From: Massalongia carnosa
Taxonomy: Eukaryota
Direction: 5' to 3'
NCBI GenBank assembly: GCA_965645245.1
Contig: OZ287078.1
Coordinates: 682,001-746,000 of the forward strand
DNA: 64,000 nt
Shown: piece by piece, positions 60,826-64,000 of the stretch
How positions within the stretch are numbered: position 1 is the stretch's first letter
How the letters are laid out: each line of letters starts with the position of its first letter
Position numbers and translations under genes: made by a program
Notes under the pieces: generated by a model
The model's input: only the letters and a program-made list of their open reading frames with translations
What the model was told of the DNA's origin: nothing
The model's database searches: none

Positions 60826-62808
60826 TTAAGGAAGAGTGGAATGTTTTTGTGCCGAGTAGTTTGATGAGGTCAGAGGCTTGACATGTGAACAGTCGGAAAG
60901 GCCATTTAAATTCGATTGGGTGGCTTGCCTTTTGGGAGCTCTCGGAGGCTCATCAGAGTCGTTATCACTGCTATTAGTCAAGTCTATAACCTGACCCTGC
61001 GGTCTCTTGAGATTTCCCGCCGGAGCTGCAGTTGAAGCCCTTGATATGTTGGGTGGCGTTCGTACGGTAGAGTCGTTTGGATAGTTCAGTTCGTTCCTAA
61101 CTGCTCCAACTCGTGGCATGTCCTTTAGTTCGACTAAATCATCGTCATCCCCGCTGCCCATTTGATCCCTGCCACGTCTTGAATTTGCCTCAGGTTCAGA
61201 AGTTGGAGCCCAATGACCATTGGGCTCAATTGTGACCTGATCGACATCTTTCGGGGTTTTTTCAAGTATGTCGGCTACATATCTTAGGGTTTTTCGTAAT
61301 TAGCAACATCCCTAAAACATAAAGTGCACTATACTTACTGGTCAACCTGAAGAGCCTCGAAACTAACACTTTTGTTACAGACTGGACAAGTCCACGTTGG
61401 AGCCTGCTCCTGTAGCTGGAGGAATGATAAAGCATCGAAACATTGATTGTGAGTACAGACCGTGGAACGGCAGGGAACGTTGATTCGCAACGTTGAAAGT
61501 GGGCATTTTAGGGACATGATGGAGGATGTGGCAATAATATCGCTGTCTTGGGCTTTCGTAATCACTAACAGTCATATTTTAGCATTATAAATATATCTGC
61601 ATATACTAGAACGCTTACTCTCGCGGACAACCTGATCTATCGATATGGTCTTGCCTGACTTGAGTTTCGTAACAAGCTCTTCGGCAGCGGATTGCTTGAC
61701 AAGATTTACAACCATATAATGTTTCTGAATGCAGTTAGTCTCCAAACCCCTTGTGCATACCCATCAAGTAAGACGCAGAAGAATCTCAAAATAAAAGAGG
61801 GAAAAAGCTTTTTAAGGTAGCTTACCTTATTAGTAAGTGCATACATCACAGTAAGAGAGTTCTCGTATCCTGCCCTTTTCCGCAGCAGGTTAGTGATATC
61901 GGCCGGCCTCGTTGATCCTGGCTTGTTTTTGAGGCCTCGCAAATTTGCCTTTACTTCGTCCTGGTTGACTTTGATCTCCACTTGATAGGGAAAATTGATT
62001 TCAACCTTTGAAAATGTAGATATGGGATCGGAAGCACAGTAAATCATAGCCTTAACAGAGGGATCCTCAATAAGTTTTTCCACTGCACCAGCTCGAAGGG
62101 CGATCTTCACGTCGAATTGGTCTCTTGTAGCTTCTCGGACTACCGCTTCAGTGATTAATCACGGATGTCAAAGAATGAAACCTTTATATGGGTGATTGCA
62201 AGTAGAACCAACCTTTGCATTCCATTACCGATGTCAGCGGTTCGAGTATAGAGTAGAACGGACTGTCCTTAAACAAAATGTGTGCTGGATCCTGTCAGTC
62301 TAATGATAACCGGTGTACAAGCAAAGAATCATACGTGGTCCATAAGCCGGGGATGTTACCGTTGCTGCCAAGACTGACGGCCGTGCAAGACCTTTTGGTA
62401 ACGTATATTGGGGCTGATTTGAACGTGATGACATGCTTTTGGGTAGATTTTGCTGGTTTGCGGGCGATATTGGAACCTGACCGTCCGGATTGTTGATTAG
62501 AGCTCTGAGGTAAGTGTAGCCTCCGATATTCCTATCATTTACGTATTGCTCAATTTCTGCGGTCCCAAGGATATATTAGCCCACATGCCCGAAAGTGGCA
62601 GAAGAGATAGAGCAATGCTTAATTTGGTAAATATCACAGCAGATTTCTAAAAAGAGGACTTACGTGTAATGATACGCTCTTGCATGGCAGCCTTCACTCC
62701 AGAAACCGCGAGCCCTTCTTTTTTCAGGACAGACTTGAGTTGTGCATTGATAAGAATTTTCACCTTTGCGATTACAGTAGGGGCGTCATGGAATCCGGGT
62801 GAAGCCAT
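60826..62808 (-). CDS. SIZ1: SP-RING (MIZ) SUMO E3 ligase, Siz/PIAS family, multi-exon
   Basis: SAP-like N-terminus (LKSVLKKEGLAVSGVKA); PINIT-like LRGLKNKPGSTRPADIT; SP-RING LKCPLS..PCRSTVCTHNQCFDA..WTCPVC; SIM-like VIDLT. Confidence 0.9.
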
Positions 62809-63384
62809 CTCTTTAAAATTCTTGGAAGGTCTTAAATGTTCTTCTCGGAAAGAACCAAAAAGTGTTTAGGGGACCTTAATAGGCTTGAGAAATCGCCTTG
62901 ATGTCGAGTAGAAACATATACTGGATGCGATCACAATTCCAGTTCTGAAACATTGAGTTTGATACAGTACTTAGATCCATGTGATGTTGGGCGCATTTTG
63001 AGCGTAATACGAAGAAGAGAACCTAGCAGGTGAAGCAGCGACCTCGGAAGCCTGCTAATACGCATTAAATGGCCGTGTGATAGACGAATCTAATCGTCAC
63101 GTTTGCTGATCACAGAATTACCAAAAAGACGACAGATTTGTAGAGGGGGAGGAATTTATGGGGTTATCTATGCGGTTGCTAAAATTGACAGCTCTGTACT
63201 CCGTATATATTATGTGACGTCAGCATGATCTAGGTGTAGAGTATTGAACTCATTTATAGACTGTAAATTTATGTTTTAGTGTTCGTTTTGACACTTAAAT
63301 CTTAAAACATATCAACTCTTGCCCGTCTCTCAATGTGAGTAGGATTTTTACGACCTTCCTTCCGCAAATCCTCTTTAGCTCAGG

Positions 63385-63902
63385 ATGGCGAAAGGTCTAC
63401 GATCGAGCAAGAAGAAGGTCAACAAGTTGGCTCTACGGCATAGGGTTTTTGGTCCCGTAGAAGATGCAAGGAAAGAGAGACTCTCCACAAAACTGCTAGA
63501 ACTGGCTTCGAAGCCAAAAGCAAGGATTGCAGAAGAAGAACAAGAAGAAGAGGACATGAAGGTGGTCAATAGTGATCAAGGTTGGGGAAAATCATTTTTT
63601 GTTAAAGACTGTTCCGAAACTAAATACTATTGAATAGAATCTACAGAGCAGAAGACAAAGGATACCCACACGTTAGCTACAATTTCTGGTGAAGGTTTGT
63701 CTTGTTGTGTGGATCTCATTCTAGTCGGATCGTGCGAGTTATGCTAATTAAGACCTTGGTTTGTCATACAGACATGGAGGTTGATGAACCTAGAAATGCT
63801 GCTGCTTCGGCACTGAAGAAGTCAGGACGACTACAAAAACGGGGGCGTATGAAAGCAAGGGTTAGCGTGGTGTTTCCTCGCTACAAAAAGGGAAAGAAAT
63901 GA
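63385..63902 (+). CDS. DUF2423/UPF0642 (YBL028C-like) basic nucleolar-type protein, probably 3 exons
   Basis: MAKGLRSSKKKVNKLALRHRVFGPVEDARKERLSTKL; final exon DMEVD...FPRYKKGKK*. Confidence 0.75.
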
Positions 63903-64000
63903 GATCAAGTTGAAAGCACTGGAAACAACAACAAGTTTCGTCACCCTACAACGATTCCAAGAATCCTGTTCCTTCTACTAGCGGCAGCCATTGAGTTGGT

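Overview
Gene-dense region of a filamentous ascomycete (Pezizomycotina-type genes, short GT..CTRAC..YAG introns; species not determinable from sequence alone). About 26 intron-containing housekeeping genes can be reconstructed by hand: ALE1 (3' end), RCE1, RFC4, a GPI-type aspartic protease, MOD5, SER3, CAF16, ELP2, URM1, a PFK-2/FBPase-2-like gene, TOM40, GSK3, CBP80, ERG3, AZF1, TUP1, FLX1, TOM7, HSH49, a DUF2015 gene, RPL28, MDH, TRS33, SIZ1 and others. Several small multi-exon genes (URM1, TOM7, DUF2015, RPL28) are absent from or only fragmentary in the ORF track. A mobile-element zone at about 36.4-43.8 kb holds the most unusual signals. (1) A 641-bp non-coding retroposon with a 13-bp TSD, a (TAA)n tail and, at its 5' end, a near-canonical HDV-like self-cleaving ribozyme fold. 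(2) A decayed DD34E Tc1 element abutting a truncated hAT element that ends in a perfect 18-bp palindrome. (3) An intact DD38E Tc1/mariner-type element in the ERG3 promoter with a non-TA target duplication (GCTCC or CTC). Also noted: an intergenic 9-mer TAC[G/A]GAGTA with at least 18 copies that resembles Tc1 excision footprints; a head-to-head ELP2-URM1 pair near MOD5 (tRNA anticodon-loop modification); a cryptic intron that would give MDH a peroxisomal -PKL end; and recurrent C-rich to G-rich skew islands. Gene identities come from recognising protein motifs, not from database searches; exon boundaries were read manually.
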